Assembly: GCA_964016885.1 (NCBI GenBank)
Contig: OZ024741.1
Coordinates: forward strand, 270,320,001 to 270,384,000
Length of the DNA: 64,000 bases
Source: Eledone cirrhosa
Lineage: Eukaryota
Direction: 5' to 3'
Notes under the pieces: generated by a model
Told to the model about the DNA's origin: nothing
Seen by the model: the letters and a program-made list of their open reading frames with translations, nothing else
Database searches by the model: none
Part shown: positions 1-13,781 of the stretch, piece after piece
How positions within the stretch are numbered: the first letter of the stretch is position 1
Layout: each line of letters opens with the position of its first letter
Position numbers and translations under genes: made by a program

Positions 1-1292
1 AGCGTTAGATCATCTGCGTATAGGAGTTCCCATGGGCAGCCGGTCTTGAACTCCTCTGTTATAGCCTGAAGAGCAATAATAAATAGGAGGGGATAAGGAC
101 AGAGCCTTGGTGAACACCAACTTTTACACTAAATTCTTCACAATATTCATTGTTAATTCTAACCTTACTGACTGTTTCATTATACATAGCTTGTATAGCT
201 CTCACAAGCCATTCATCTACACCTAGTTTTCTAAGAGCCTACCAGATAATGGAGCGGGGGACTCTGTCAAAGGCTTTTTCCAGGTCTACAAAAGCTAAGT
301 AGAGGAGTTTACTTTTAGCTAGGTACTTCTCTTGTAGTTGTCGTACAAGGAAAAGAGCGTCTGTGGTACTTTTACCTGACACAAACCCAAACTGCATTTC
401 ATCTAGATCAATTCGCTCTCTGATTAGTTGCGCTATAACTCTTTCTGTGACCTTCATGACCTGGTCAACTCACTTAATGCCTCTATAGTTTCCTCTATCT
501 AGAGCATCTCCTTTACCCTTGTAGCAGTTAATGATGATGCTGCTACTCCAGTCTTTTGGTATGACCCCATTCTGTATTACTTGGTTTACTATACGGGTGA
601 CCATAGTATGTCCCACCATTCCAGATGCCTTCAACATCTCAGCAACTATCTCCGAAGGCCCAGCTGCCTTGCCTGTCTTCATATCTTTGATTGCCTTACT
701 TATTATACTACCTTTAACTTGCACCGCTGGTCCTTCTATTGGATCAATCTGGGGCAGACTATCTTTTTCACACTTAATAATTCTCCTCATTTAATAGTCT
801 CTCGTAGTGACACTTCCAGGCTATTTTCTTATCAGCATCAGTGAGGGCAAGTACACCGTTAGCATTACGGACACACTTCTCCCCGACAATATCACGGTTT
901 TCCTTAACACATTGTCTAGCAGTCCTGAACACCTCGCGTTTTTGGTCCTCACGTTGTAGAACATGCTTGAACTTTCTTTCCTCTGCTTCCCTTTTTGCAA
1001 GGTACACTTGTTTCCTAGCTTTTCTCCTGGCCACTTGATAGTGCTCTCTACTTCCCCCATCCTGGCATACTTTCCAAGCCTTCTTTTGGGCCTTGATTGT
1101 CTCTTCCACCTTCCTGTTCCACCACCAAGTTACTCTCCTCCTGCCAATAGGTCTGCTCCAGCCACAGATTTCATCTGTTGCTTTCAGCAGGTTCACTTTC
1201 AAGAATTGCCACTGTTCCTCTATATCGCACGTCTCTAATTGCTCTTCCTTATTGTCAAAGGCATCAAGTAATAAGCTTTTAAATTTGTCACT
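1..1292 (-). mobile_element. RTE-clade LINE, disrupted RT fragment
   Basis: ORFs 774..1202, 470..790 and 239..457 are collinear with the 793-aa ORF at 50402 ([25 protein letters not shown]); frameshifted. Confidence 0.93.
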
Positions 1293-1320
1293 GTCTATGG
1301 GGATATATATTTGTATATAT

Positions 1321-2201
1321 CATCATGATGATCATCATCATCGTTTAACGTCCATTTTCCACGCTAGCATAGGTCTGGACGAGAATTGTCCCACTTGAGG
1401 CAAAATTGGTTGTCTTGCTCAGGACTGTCTGGCGGGTTTTCTACGGCTGGATGCCCTTCCTAACACGTTTACAGTGTGAACTGGGAGGTTTTTACCATGT
1501 TACCTACACGGCCACATTACAGCGTGGACTGTGTTTTTTTTTGTCGTGACACCTACACGACCTCATTTATTTAGGACTGGATGTTGTGGTACCAACATAA
1601 TTTTTCAGAGAAAGGGGTGGGGGTAGTGGGATGGGGGTGTATTTTTGGTTATATATCATCATCATCATCATCGTTTAACGTCCATATTCCACGCTTGCAT
1701 GGGTTTGGACGGGAGTTTTCCCACTTGAGGCAAGAGTGGTTGTCTTGCTCGCATAGGACTGCCTGGTGGGTTTTCTACAGCTGGATGCCCTTCCTAACAC
1801 CAACCACATTTACAGTGTGGAACTGGGAGGTTTTTACCATGTTACCTACACGGCCACATTACAGCGTGGACTGTGTGTTTTTTTGTCGTGACACCTACAC
1901 GACCTCATTTGTTTCGGCCAGGATGTTGGTACCAACATAACTTTACATTGAAAGGGGTGGTGTGGATGGGGTGGGGGTGTATTTTGTTAGAGGTGCCTAC
2001 TAGGCGGGTCTTCTGTATTACTGTGTAGCGCCAAAGATCTCGGTTCAGTGACATTGTCTTGGAGAGGTGTAAGTGTGTGAAGTCGGAATTTATCAGGTCG
2101 TCCCAGGTTTTTCTGGGTCTGCCTACTCCGTGGCTACCGTCTATTTTTATTGCTCTGCACTTTTTTATACAGCTGTCGTCTTTCATGCGCATCACGTGAC
2201 C
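1321..2201 (-). mobile_element. Two RTE LINE 3' fragments with (GAT)n tails
   Basis: [18 protein letters not shown]-terminus, the 3' UTR seen at 52790-53185, and (CAT)n on + at 1321 and 1655. Confidence 0.9.
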
Positions 2202-2233
<32 letters not shown>

Positions 2234-2276
2234 AAATGTATATATATATGTATGAATAAATGTATATATATATATG

Positions 2277-2936
2277 TAAATGAAAGGTAGAGTTAACTCA
2301 TACTGAAACCCTGTAATTAACAAGCTCAAAGTATAAATACTGAGCATTATAACAATAACATATGTAGTAATAAACACAGTAAATTATGTGTCTAATATTA
2401 CGAGGGTTGAAGAACCACATTTGTTTGAAATATTTAACCATGAAGCAGACAGAATGATAAAAATAAAATAAAATTATACAGACCGCCTCAATAACAATTA
2501 CATCTCTCGGACAGATTAGGGATTAATCTGTTTCGCCCTGAGTGTGTTTGTAACAGATAATCCACGGGCATCATCAGCGAGAGAATCTGATTAAATGCGA
2601 CAAACACCTATATTAACGTTCACACAGAAAAATGAATTCTTCACCTCGTGTGCCGTAAGTCAAAAGTGGTGTGAGTGGATTGGGCAGAAATAACAGAAAT
2701 AACAGTCCAACACACGCAACTTTATAGGTTTACCTAGGGAGGGAGCCGAAATATAAATGAAAGGTAGAGTTAACTCATACTGAAACCCTGTAATTAACAA
2801 GCTTAAAATATAAATACTGAGCATTATAACAATAACATATGTAGTAATAAACACAGTAAATTGTGTGTCTAATATTACGAGGGTTGAAGAACCACATTTC
2901 TTTGAATATTTAACCATGAAGCAGACAGAATGATAA
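2277..2936 (-). mobile_element. Penelope-like pLTR/retrozyme-type element, about 1.4 copies of a 477-bp unit
   Basis: Direct repeat 2277-2460 / 2754-2936, (TA)n on both flanks, hammerhead fold inside. Confidence 0.7.
2503..2584 (-). ncRNA. Canonical type I hammerhead ribozyme
   Basis: UCUCUCG-CUGAUGA-U-GCCC..GGGC-GAA-ACAGAUUA(AUCCC)UAAUCUGU-C/CGAGAGA: 7-bp stem I, 8-bp stem III, GUC cleavage triplet. Confidence 0.88.
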
Positions 2937-3048
2937 TATATATATATCTAGTTCAAACATACATCTAGTAGGCACCTCTTAACCATTATACCCTCACCCA
3001 TCAACTCCTGCCACACCATCTTTACACTGTAGACAAAATATATCTCGA

Positions 3049-4290
3049 CCACACTGTAAAGTGGTCATGTAGGTGTCACGACAAAAGCACCCAGCACACA
3101 CTGTAAAGTGGTCCTGTAGGTGTCACGACAAAAGCACCCAGCACACACTGTAAAGTGGTCGTGTAGGTCTCACGACAAAAAGCACCCATCCCACACTGTA
3201 AAGTGGTCATGTAGGTGTCACGACAAAAAGCACCCAGCACACATTGTAAAGTGGTCATGTAGGTGTCACGACAAAAAGCACCCATCCCACACTGTAAAGT
3301 GGTCGTGTAGGTGTCACAACAAAAAGCACCCAGCACACACTGTAAAGTGGTCATGTAGGTGTCACGACAAAAGCACCCAGCACACACTGTAAAGTGGTCA
3401 TGTAGGTGTCACGACAAAAGCACCCAGCACACACTGTAAAGTGGTCGTGTAGGTGTCACGACAAAAAGCACCCATCCCACACTGTAAAGTGGTCGTGTAG
3501 GTGTCACAACAAAAGCACCCAGCTCACACTGTAAAGTGGTCATGTAGGTGTCATGACAAAAGCACCCAGCACACACTGTAAAGTGGTCCTGTAGGTGTCG
3601 TGACAAAAAGCACCCACCACACACTGTAAAGTGGTCATGTAGGTGTCACGACAAAAGCACCCAGCACACACTGTAAAGTGGTCATGTAGGTGTCACGACA
3701 AAAGCACCTATCCCACACTGTAAAGTGGTCGTGTAGGTGTCACAACAAAAGCACCCAGCTCACACTGTAAAGTGGTCGTGTAGGTGTCATGACAAAAAGC
3801 ACCCAGCACACACTGTAAAGTGGTCCTGTAGGTGTCGTGACAAAAAGCACCCACCACACACTGTAAAGTGGTCATGTAGGTGTCACAATAAAAGCACCCA
3901 CCACACACTGTAAAGTGGTCATGTAGGTGTCACGACAAAAAACACCCAGCTCACACTGTAAAGTGGTCATGTAGGTGTCACAATAAAAGCACCCAGCACA
4001 CACTGTAAAGTGGTCCTGTAGGTGTCGTGACAAAAAGCACCCAGCACACACTGTAAAGTGGTCATGTAGGTGTCACGACAAAAAGCACCCAGCACACACT
4101 GTAAAGTGGTCATGTAGGTGTCACAACAAAAGCACCCAGCACACACTGTAAAGTGGTCGTGTAGGTGTCACAACAAAAAACACCCAGCACACACTGTAAA
4201 GTGGTCATGTAGGTGTCACAACAAAAGCACCCAGCACACACTGTAAAGTGGTCGTGTAGGTGTCACGACAAAAATTACCCAGCACACCTG
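3049..4290 (+). repeat. 47-48 bp tandem satellite (about 26 copies) inside an RTE 3' UTR that ends in (GAT)n at about 4450
   Basis: Unit cacactgtaaagtggtcatgtaggtgtcacgacaaaagcacccagca; runs directly into the RTE terminal motif aagggcatcc...ggacgttaaacgatgatgat. Confidence 0.95.
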
Positions 4291-4879
4291 TAAATGTGGT
4301 TGGCGTTAGGAAGGGCATCCAGCCATAGAAACCAAGTCAGAAACAGTTCTGTATGAGCAAGGCACGGTCACCTGATCCGACTTGCCTGTAATGGGACAAC
4401 TTGTATAACCCATGCTAGAGTGGAAAATGGACGTTAAACGATGATGATGATATGTATGTATAAATGTGTATATATGTATGTATAAATGTATATATATATA
4501 TATATATATGTATGTATAAGTGTATATATGTGTGTATGTATATATGTGTATTTATGGTTGTTTTCCTTTTTATGGTATGTTTAATATAGGTAGAATATAT
4601 TTCCTCACAGTGTACAATATATTGTCTACATCAATTTTTGCTATTTGTCTGCTCCGTTATGTGTGTTAATATGGGTTTAATATACTACTAAATGGTTTAA
4701 GATGATTAAATAATTGTGAACCATGGTATTTATAACTAAGTCATAATATTCTGTGTTATTTGTGCTGCTCCAGCCAGTAACTGGTCAAGGTTAGTTTGGT
4801 TTTGTGGTATTCACTTGCCTTTTTTTCTTTTCAATGATGGGTGGGGTTATAAAAGAAGTAATTTCACATGTCCTATCTT

Positions 4880-6240
4880 CATCATCATCATCATCATCAT
4901 CACCATTTATCGAGTATTCTTCCACACCTGTGTGGATTTGTCAGGAATGTCACATTATGAGACAAGTCTTGTCAGGTGATCATGTCTCGCTCATACGGAT
5001 ATGAAGTTTATTTTTGTTTCTTCTATGGCTGGATGCCTTTGCTAACACCGACCACGTTACAGTGTGGACTATTGATTTTTATTGTGACACTAAAATGATC
5101 GTCTAATAGGGAGGGCTGGATGCTTTGTTCTTGTGTCACCATCGCAACCACCTTACAGGGTAGACTGGGTGCTTTTTTCTCATGTCACCAGCACAACCAC
5201 CTTACAGAGTGGATTAGGTGCTGCCTCTTGTCATGTTACCAGTACGACCACCTTACAAGATGGACTGAGTGCTTTTGTTGTTGTGACACCAGATTGCCAT
5301 ACAGAGTGGACAAAGTGCTTTTTTGTCATGACAGCAGCATTATGGAAGATGGGGGTGGAGCAGATATGGAGAGTACCCATCTTTCCATGCTTGTATGTAT
5401 GGGTTAAACAGGACAGGAGAGGTACATTCTGAATGTCAAAGGTGGGGAGGGGAAGGAGTATATGAGTTGGATGTGGATGATGTGAGTGGGGTATTTAGCT
5501 AGTAAGTCGGGGAGGTATTATGACTGGTGAAGACAAGTATCCTCTACATGTTGTTTCATTCTGTGCACTTAGGAAGGCAGGTATCCTGCAGTACAGCATA
5601 ATGCCAGAGATCTCGATACTGTGTCATCTCCTTTGAGAGGTTTAATTGTGCAAGGTCAGATTTTTTTCACTTCCTCACAAGCTTTCCATAGCTTCCATCA
5701 GTTTTGAATGCCCTGCACCTTTTCATGGAGCTGTCATCCTCCATGCACATCACATGTCCATGTCACTACAATCTCCTCACCTGCACACTGTATCTGATCC
5801 CTCTTATGCCCAGTTTTTCTCTCATTTCATTGACACTTCGCCATTCATGCACTCTACTATAACACATCCATTGACGCATGCAAGCTTCATTTCTTTCAAA
5901 TCTTCGTAAATTCCCAGGTCTCACTTCCATGCAACATTGCTGCTCATACACAAGCATCATATAATCTATCTTTCATTTTGATAAAAAAAGCCCTTTGTAG
6001 TTAGCAACAGTAGTAGTTCTCTGAATTTTTTCCATCCCGTTCTCACTCAGACTACTGTACTTTCAGAACACCCACCTCCATTGTTAATTAGGTCACCCAG
6101 GTAACAGAATCTATCAATTTCTTCTATGGAACGCTCTGGGCATTTAATAGAGATTGTTTCCTGTGACCTGTTGCTGCTTAATGTTGTTGTGCATCAACCA
6201 CATATAAAACCTGCGTTTTTTGCTAGCCTGCCTGATTTCC
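4880..6240 (-). mobile_element. Old degenerate RTE LINE 3' part
   Basis: (CAT)n, 3' UTR repeats and remnant ERNEACMRQWMC..LGIRGI translation. Confidence 0.8.
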
Positions 6241-6849
6241 AGAGAAAAAGGGACTGTTAATTTTTCCATTGTCGTTGTCTTTTTAGATTCATATATCAGC
6301 CTTCACTGAAAAGTGGTAATGATAACAACACGGCAAAAAGTGCCCAGTCTACCCTGTAAAGTGGCCATGATGGCGACACGGCCAAAAGCACCCAGTCCAC
6401 ACTTTAAAGTGGTTATGTAGGCGATACGGCAAAAAGCACCCAGTCCATACAGTTAAGTGGTCATGTATGGCAAAAGCGCCCAGCCTACACTGTAAGGTGG
6501 TGGTGTCACAACAAAAAGCACCCAGTCCACACTGTAAAGTGATTGTGCAAGGAGGCAAAAAGCACCCAGTACTCACTATAAATGAGGTTGGAGCTAGGAA
6601 GGGCACCCAGCCATAGAAACCAAGATCAAAATCGGTTCTGTATATATCATCATCATCATCATCATTTTACGTCCGCTTTTCCCTGCTTGCAAGGGTGGGA
6701 TGGGTCCTATTCAGCACAGCATCTTCGTCATCTCCACCGTGAGCTTCAGCGATCTGAGGTCTGCTCTCACCACCTCCGCCCATGTTTTTCATGGTCTTCC
6801 TCTACTGCGTTTTCCCTCAACTGGCATTTCTTATATATTGTGGGATTCA

Positions 6850-8160
6850 TTATACTTCTCCAGACCATAACAAAGGAGTTTAAGAATAGCTGCCCATGGG
6901 AACTTCTCTATGCAGATGATTTGGTTCTTATAGTTGAATCCATAGAAGAGTTAAAGAATAAGTCTGACTGTCGAAACAGAATTTGCAATCAAAAGGTCTG
7001 GGAGTAAACTTAGCCAAAACTAAAGTGCTAGTAAGTAGGAATGAAGATAGGACACTGATTCCTTGAGGAAAGTGGCCTGACTCCTTATGCAGAAAAGAAG
7101 TAACCAGAAGAAACTCTATATGATGTACACAATGTAAATCTTGGATACACAAGAAGTGTAGTGGGATTGCAGGCTGACTAACAAGAAAGGAAGACTTTGT
7201 ATGTAATAGATGCACAGGGATAATCAAGGGGAAGAGTGTCAGTGATATAAACCTTTTCCAATCACATGAAGGATCCATAGAAGTGGTTGATAGCTTCTGC
7301 TACCTAGGTGATCTAATTAGCAGTGGAGGAGGGTTCTCTGAACGCATAGTAGCTAGAATAAAGATAGAATGGAAGATGTTTAGAGAGCTACTCCCTATGA
7401 AAGAAAAGCTGGTTGTATGACACCTGTGTGGAAAGTGCGATGTTGCATGGTAGTGAGACATGGGCAGTAGTCGCAGAGAACATGCGTAGGAATGAAGGAA
7501 AATGAAGCAAACATGCTTCATTGGATGTGCAATGTATATGTGAGAGAAAGGCAGAGTTTAGATGAACTGAGTGAGAAATTGGGTTAACCCTTTAGCATTT
7601 AAACCGGCTGTATCCAGCCAGAATTCTTTCCCCTTTGTGAAACTGGCCATAACCAACAGCTCATACTGACATTAAGATATCATTCTTAAAATAAACAGTA
7701 ACATCATCAAACTCTTGTAGACTTGAGATTTACCATGTAAATACAATAGTAAATATGTATGCATGCATGCCCTCATGCTTATCCCGCTTCCATGGCGTGA
7801 AGCGACTGAGAATACAAGACTCCCCCCTGGACAGGATGCCAGTCCATCGCAGGGTTAAACCTCCAGCTATTGCTGGTACTCATTTTCAGCTGAGTATACT
7901 GGAGCAACCTGAAGTGAAGTGTTTTGCTCAAGAACACAACGCGCAACCCAGCCCAGGAATTGAACCTACAACATTACGATCGTAAAGTCCAACACCCTTA
8001 CCATTAAGCTACATGCCTTCACATAGTTAGTAAAGAGTAATGTAAATGCTAAAAGGTTAAGAGGAATCTGAAGTGGTGTACAAGAGAGAAGACTGCATTG
8101 ATATGGACATGTGATTTGCATGGGTACTGATTGCTGGATGATGAAATTCCAGGAAATCCA
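6850..8160 (+). mobile_element. Degenerate RTE RT fragment interrupted by a TTAA MITE containing a SINE
   Basis: [11 protein letters not shown] motif; the RTE text resumes after the insertion at 8061 (gaggaatc..agactgcattgatatggacatgtg). Confidence 0.8.
7584..8060. mobile_element. piggyBac-type MITE (TTAA TSD, CCCTTTAGCATTTA termini) with nested SINE at about 7765-8020
   Basis: ttaa-ccctttagcattta ... taaatgctaaaagg-ttaa. Further copies at 26462-26686, about 27391-27610, 40399-40623, 46243-46512 and 62028-62309. Confidence 0.85.
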
Positions 8161-8169
8161 GTAAAAGGA

Positions 8170-8900
8170 AGCCATAGTACAGGTTGCCTGTTCCCTGTTG
8201 TTAAGAAGAGAAACTTCTTTCCAGCATTGCAAAGTAGCATTAGCTCATGAAAATGAATTGGCAGCATAAGTTTCCCCTGTATTAGATTACTACCAGGATA
8301 ATGCCATCTTTCCCTGGTGCTTTGCCTTGAACAAGTGAGCTTAGCCTTTCTGAATTTGTCCTCTTGTGGAGCCAGGTCTAGTTCTTCTATGAGGGGCTGG
8401 CAGGCTCAGTAACCACTCTCCATGAAGTATAAGTTTTGATATTGTTTAGCTCACCTCGTCATATGCTTAGCATGGTCCTTGATAATTAGTTTAGCTTTGG
8501 ATTTCAGAGGTGTGATCTTCCACCATATCATCTGAGGTAAGTCTGGCTACTTCCTTATTGCAAGGTCCACCATGTCCAGGTAATTCACACCACAGTTGAC
8601 CATCTGTAGTAAATCTGGCCACTTGCACTATTGTGAGGGTCACCATGTCCAGCCACCTCACAGTTGACCATCTGTAGCAAGTCTGGCTACCTGCAGTGTT
8701 ACAAGGTCTGTCCAGCAACCTCACAGTTGACCATCTGTAAGTCTGGCCACTTGCAGTACTACAAGGTCAGTGTCCAGATAATCACTGTTTTCCTGCTCTC
8801 CTACATTTACTGGAGATCAGAGCAAGATGCTGTTGACATTTCAATTGGCCAGCCACATGACTTTGTCTTGTATTTTCCGTTGCCTGGTTCAGTGAGAATT
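8170..8900 (-). mobile_element. Highly decayed LINE (RTE/BovB-like) fragment
   Basis: Minus strand gives EELDLAP...GKAPGKDGI, the typical pre-RT motif. Confidence 0.55.
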
Positions 8901-9282
8901 TTTTTTAAAAATACTTATCAAATGATCTAGCAGTTCAACAAAGTGCAATTGATAAAATAAATACCAAACTAAAGCAAGTACTGTTGTCAATGTAGCAATC
9001 CCAGAATGGTTTCAGAACTAAATAACACACACACACACACACACTTTTATTGGTGTATGTGTTATTTAGTTCTGTTTAGCCATCATGACTAAGGCCATGC
9101 TGGAGCACTGTCCTTTGTATACAAGTGTGTATATATATATATATATAATAATATTAAATGTGAAGACTAAAATCCAAAGAGGGCTCAATAAGGATAAATA
9201 TATATCAAATATATAAGAACCATAGAGCAAATATTTATTAAAATAACAGATTAAAGTTTAAGCAAAGAATTGCTGCTTTCAC

Positions 9283-9320
<38 letters not shown>

Positions 9321-9324
<4 letters not shown>

Positions 9325-10660
9325 GGTACGGTGGGACACACCATGGTCACCCGGATAGTCAACCAAGTCATACAGAATAGGGTTGTTCCGAAGGACTGGC
9401 GTAGCAGCATTATCGTTAACTGTTATAAGGGTAAAGGAGATGCCCTAGATAGGAGTAACTATAGAGGCATTAAATTAATCGACCAGGTCATGAAGGTCAC
9501 GGAAAAAGTAATAGCGCAACTAATCAGAGAGCGAATTGATCTAGATGAAATGCAGTTCGGGTTTGTGTCAGGGAAAAGTACCACAGACGCTCATTTCATT
9601 GTACGACAACTACAGGAGAAGTACCTAGCTAAAAGTAAACCCCTATACTTAGCTTTCGTCGACTTGGGAGAAGGCCTTCGACAGAGTCCCCCGTTCCATT
9701 ATCTGGTGGGCTCTTAGAAAACTAGGTGTTGATGAATGGCTTGTGAGAGCTATACAAGCCATGTATAAAGAAACAGTCAGCAAGGTTAGAATTAACAACG
9801 AATATAGTGAAGAGTTTAGTGTAAAAGTTGGTGTTCATCAGGGCTCTGTTCTTAGCCCCCTACTATTTATTATTGCCCTCCAGACTATAACAGTGGAGTT
9901 CAAGACCGGCTGCCCATGGGAACTCCTATACGCAGATGATCTAACGCTCATAGCTGAATCAATGGCCGACCTAGAGAAGAAATTCCAAACATGGAAGCAC
10001 GGCCTAGAATCAAAAGGCCTTAAAATTAACCTGGCTAAGACTAAAGTTCTAGTTTGTAAGAAAGAAAATAAAGCGGCGGTCCCCTCCGGGAAGTGGCCAT
10101 GCGCAGAGTGTAGGAAAGGCGTAGGTAGAAATTCCATTTTGTGTCCCAAATGCAAAGTTTGGGTGCATAAAAGATGTAGTGGGATCACAGGTAAGCTAAC
10201 TAAGAACATACATTTTATATGTGGCCGGTGTTCTGGGGCAATAAGTAGCAGCAAGTGCCCACGGAATACTAGCTCTTTCAACTGCACAGAGGGTTCTATA
10301 GAAATAGTGGACAGCTTCCGTTACCTGGGTGACAAAATCAGCAGTGGGGGAGGGTGCTCTGAAAGTACAGTAGCTAGAGTCAGAACTGGGTGGAAAAAGT
10401 TCAGAGAGCTTATACCACTATTAGCCGCTAAAGGGTTCTCCCTAAAAATGAAAGGCAGGCTGTACGATGCCTGCATACGAACAGCAATGTTGCATGGCAG
10501 TGAGACCTGGGCATTGTGTGCAGAGGATATACGCAGACTCCGCTGGATGTGTAATAGTAATATACGTGAACGACAAAGCATAAACGAACTAAGGAAAAAA
10601 TTAGAAATAAGAGGGATCAGATGTTGTTTACTAGAGAAACGTTGATGATGATGATGATGA

Positions 10661-10663
<3 letters not shown>
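9321..10663 (+). mobile_element. RTE LINE RT fragment with one frameshift and internal deletions
   Basis: ORFs 9331..9717 and 9743..10645 are near-identical to the 50402 ORF (YADD); the sequence jumps from the ORF straight to the (GAT)n tail; (TA)n on both flanks. Confidence 0.95.
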
Positions 10664-10694
<31 letters not shown>

Positions 10695-12269
10695 GGCTTC
10701 TACAAGACTAATATATATATATATATTAGTCTTGTAGAAGCCATTTCTGCATTAAAGTTGATGTTTACTCTCTTATAATGTATTGAGTGCCTCACTAACG
10801 GTGGTTACCCCCTCTCCTCCCTCGATTAAACCCGGGACACACACACACACATATATATATATACATACATACATGTGTTTATATGGTATATGTATTTATT
10901 TATGTATCTTTATGTATGTTCATTTTGGTGGTGGTGAGGAAGGAAGCAAATATTCGTCTTGTTGGTGTTGTTATGGAGGGTACTGGGTGGAGGGCGGCTC
11001 TAAAATCCCATTGTTCTTTTCGATGGAATTTTAAATGTTGTTGTCACCCCTCATAGTTTCTGTTATCAATACCGTTGTTGTTGATACTGCTGATGTCATT
11101 TGTTGTTTATATACGCAATTTGATTAACAGCGACGACGATGGTGATGAGAATAATGTGGGGGGGGGGGGATATTCTGGAGGTGATGGTGGTGGTGGTGGT
11201 ATACTGAAGGTTGTGGTGGTGATGTTATATATATACACGTACTGGAGGTGATGGTGGTGGTGTTATATATGTGTGTATATAGTGTGTGTGTGTGTTTTTA
11301 TATATATATATACTGGAAGTGGTGGAAGGAAGGGGTGAGGAAACTAATTTAGGAAGAGGTGACCTGGGTAGAAAATTGTGACAATTTGCACGTGTGATGA
11401 AGTAATGTCGATTTATTTACGCAATTCTTTAAGTATTATTGTCATTGGGTGGAGATGATGTCGGCGGCCTTGGTGGTGGTGGTGGTGAGGGCGTTGGTGG
11501 TGGTGGGGGGGCCGTTGATGGCGTTGGTGGGGGGGGGGGGTGTCGATGGCCTTAGTGATGGTGGTGGGGATGATGTTGATGGCCTTGGTGGTGGTGATGA
11601 TGTCGATGGCCTTAGTGATGGTGACGGTGGTGGCGGTTTTAGAATTAGAAACGTGTTGCCCCTTAGGCTTCAGGTCGGCCCTCATCGAGCAGACATATTA
11701 GGGTTAGGGTTTTCCACCTGTGACCATGGCGTCATGTTCCCATGCACATATAAGGAAACGCAGAATCACATTATCCAATGTGTCCCCTATTCTAAGACGA
11801 CAGATTGTGATTTGAATTTTGACTGCTATTTCTAGCAGCTCTGGTGACTTATGATTGTGATCGCCAATGTTTTGGTGGCTTTTCACGTAGTTTTTAGAAA
11901 ATATGTTTTGTTTTTCTTTTTCTCTCTCCGTCGGCGCACTCATTTATTATTAAGAAATTACTACTACTACTATTACTGCTGCCGCTGTTGCCATTACTAC
12001 TACTACTACTACTGGGGACATGTAATCTACCGTGTCAATTCTATGTTGTTTTCGTCGTATTTTGACATGTAATCATGTATTCACTGTATATATATATAAA
12101 ATGTGTGTGTGTGCACTCGACAGTCACCCGAAATGTGTAAACGAATCTAGTTGTTTAACCCTAGGTCATCCCTCGTTGAACAAATCTATAATCAAAGGCG
12201 CCACAACCGTTACTATTGCGTATGTTTCTATATCTAGGTTATCTAATATATGTGTGTATGTGAGTGTGT

Positions 12270-12613
12270 CAGTAGCGAAGGGTAACCTGGAAAGCAAGGC
12301 ATGCAGTCAAATGGCGGAAAGTGGGGCTGTGCAGCCCCCCACCCCCAATTCCCTCTAATTGATCCACCCGGTCAAAGCAGCATTAGTGTTATCTAGTGTG
12401 TGTGTGTGTTATCTTTTTATGTGTCTACGATTTAGTAAGCAGTCAAAATTCTGCTTGCCCGAATAGCTGCCGTGTGCTTGTGTGTGTGTGTGTTATCTTT
12501 TTATGTGTCTACGATTTAGTAAGCAGTCAAAATTCTGCTTGCTTCAACCGACGCAATTGATCAACTCAAGATTCTATAACGCATGCACTGCATGCACGGA
12601 CCCTTCGCCCCTG
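12270..12613. mobile_element. Possible hAT-like MITE
   Basis: Imperfect 14-bp TIR cagtagcgaagggt / acccttcgcccctg; gtgtgt on both flanks. Confidence 0.45.
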
Positions 12614-12644
12614 GTGTGTAAATATATATCATATCATCATCATA

Positions 12645-13453
12645 TCTATAAAAGGCAGATTGTTGTTGTTGTTGTGTGTGTGTGTGTGTGCACATGTTCC
12701 ATGTTTATACATTTGCACAATTTCAAACCGATTCGACTCAAAGTCTGTGAGAATGTTGTAAATGGTCTAACTTAGGTCAACGACTATTTATTCCATTCAA
12801 ACTCACCCACAATTATGGAAATAATCGATAAAACTAAATACATGACGCTTTACCCCTCTAATAGAATCTGCTTAACTCTCTCTACTCCCCTTCAAATTCG
12901 ATAAAACTACATACATGCTTACAAACTTCCTTTAGGAACGCCGAAGAGAGAGAGAACGTTTGTTTTTGAGTGTGGAACGGTCAAACATTTATTTACTTCA
13001 ATGACAGAGAACTTAACTCTCCCCCATATCACACCCCTCCCTACTGTCTTAAATTTAGAAAACATATCCTCTATGAGGTCACTAAACCTGCTAGAAACAG
13101 CAGCTAACTCTCCCCCATATCACACTACTCCCTACTGTCTTAAATTTAGAAAACACACATTAGACAACCATGCAGAACAACTCCATCGCAGCTCTGTTGT
13201 TCGGCTGGCATCGTCTACGCGCGTATTGCGCAAGTACTGTGAAACAATAAATTTCAACACTTCTTTGCACAGAGATAATATCCATCGGCGAAACTACAAT
13301 TGTCACTGCTGGCGCAGCTCCTGCTTCGGCAGTCCAGGTCTGCAATTCATTCACCCAGTGCCTGGCAGACAAAAAAGTGCTGCCATAAAATGGGTGGTGC
13401 AACCTAACTTTGGTAACTTACTGACCCCGAGCAACGCCGGGCTTTAATGCTAG
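12645..13453 (+). mobile_element. Non-autonomous Helitron
   Basis: 5' TC, 3' hairpin cccgagcaacgccggg then CTAG, inserted between A and T; same 3' end as 47637-49335. Confidence 0.8.
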
Positions 13454-13781
13454 TATATATATAATTAATCTGTTATGAACATAACTGTTGAATACTCATC
13501 AACAAAGCATATATATGTGTGCGCGTATGTATATATAGATATAGATATATGTGTGTGTGTATGTATATGTATATGTGTGTGTATATATATATGTATGTTT
13601 GTGTGTGTATCAGAGAGTGTAATATACAAGATAATCAGATTGGAAAACATGATTAAAAGCAAAACAAAACAGAAACTGATAATAAGCGTCAATATATACT
13701 CTTTAGGAAGAAAATATGTGTGTGTGGATAGAGAGAAAAGGTGGGTGGAGAATCGACACCAATGTCGGATTGGTACTTTAT

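Noticed and set aside
11413-11943. Minus-strand Pro/Thr/His-rich ORFs as a gene
   Set aside because: Low-complexity (GGT)n-derived sequence; the Pro-rich frame has upstream stops, no splice signals and no recognisable domain.
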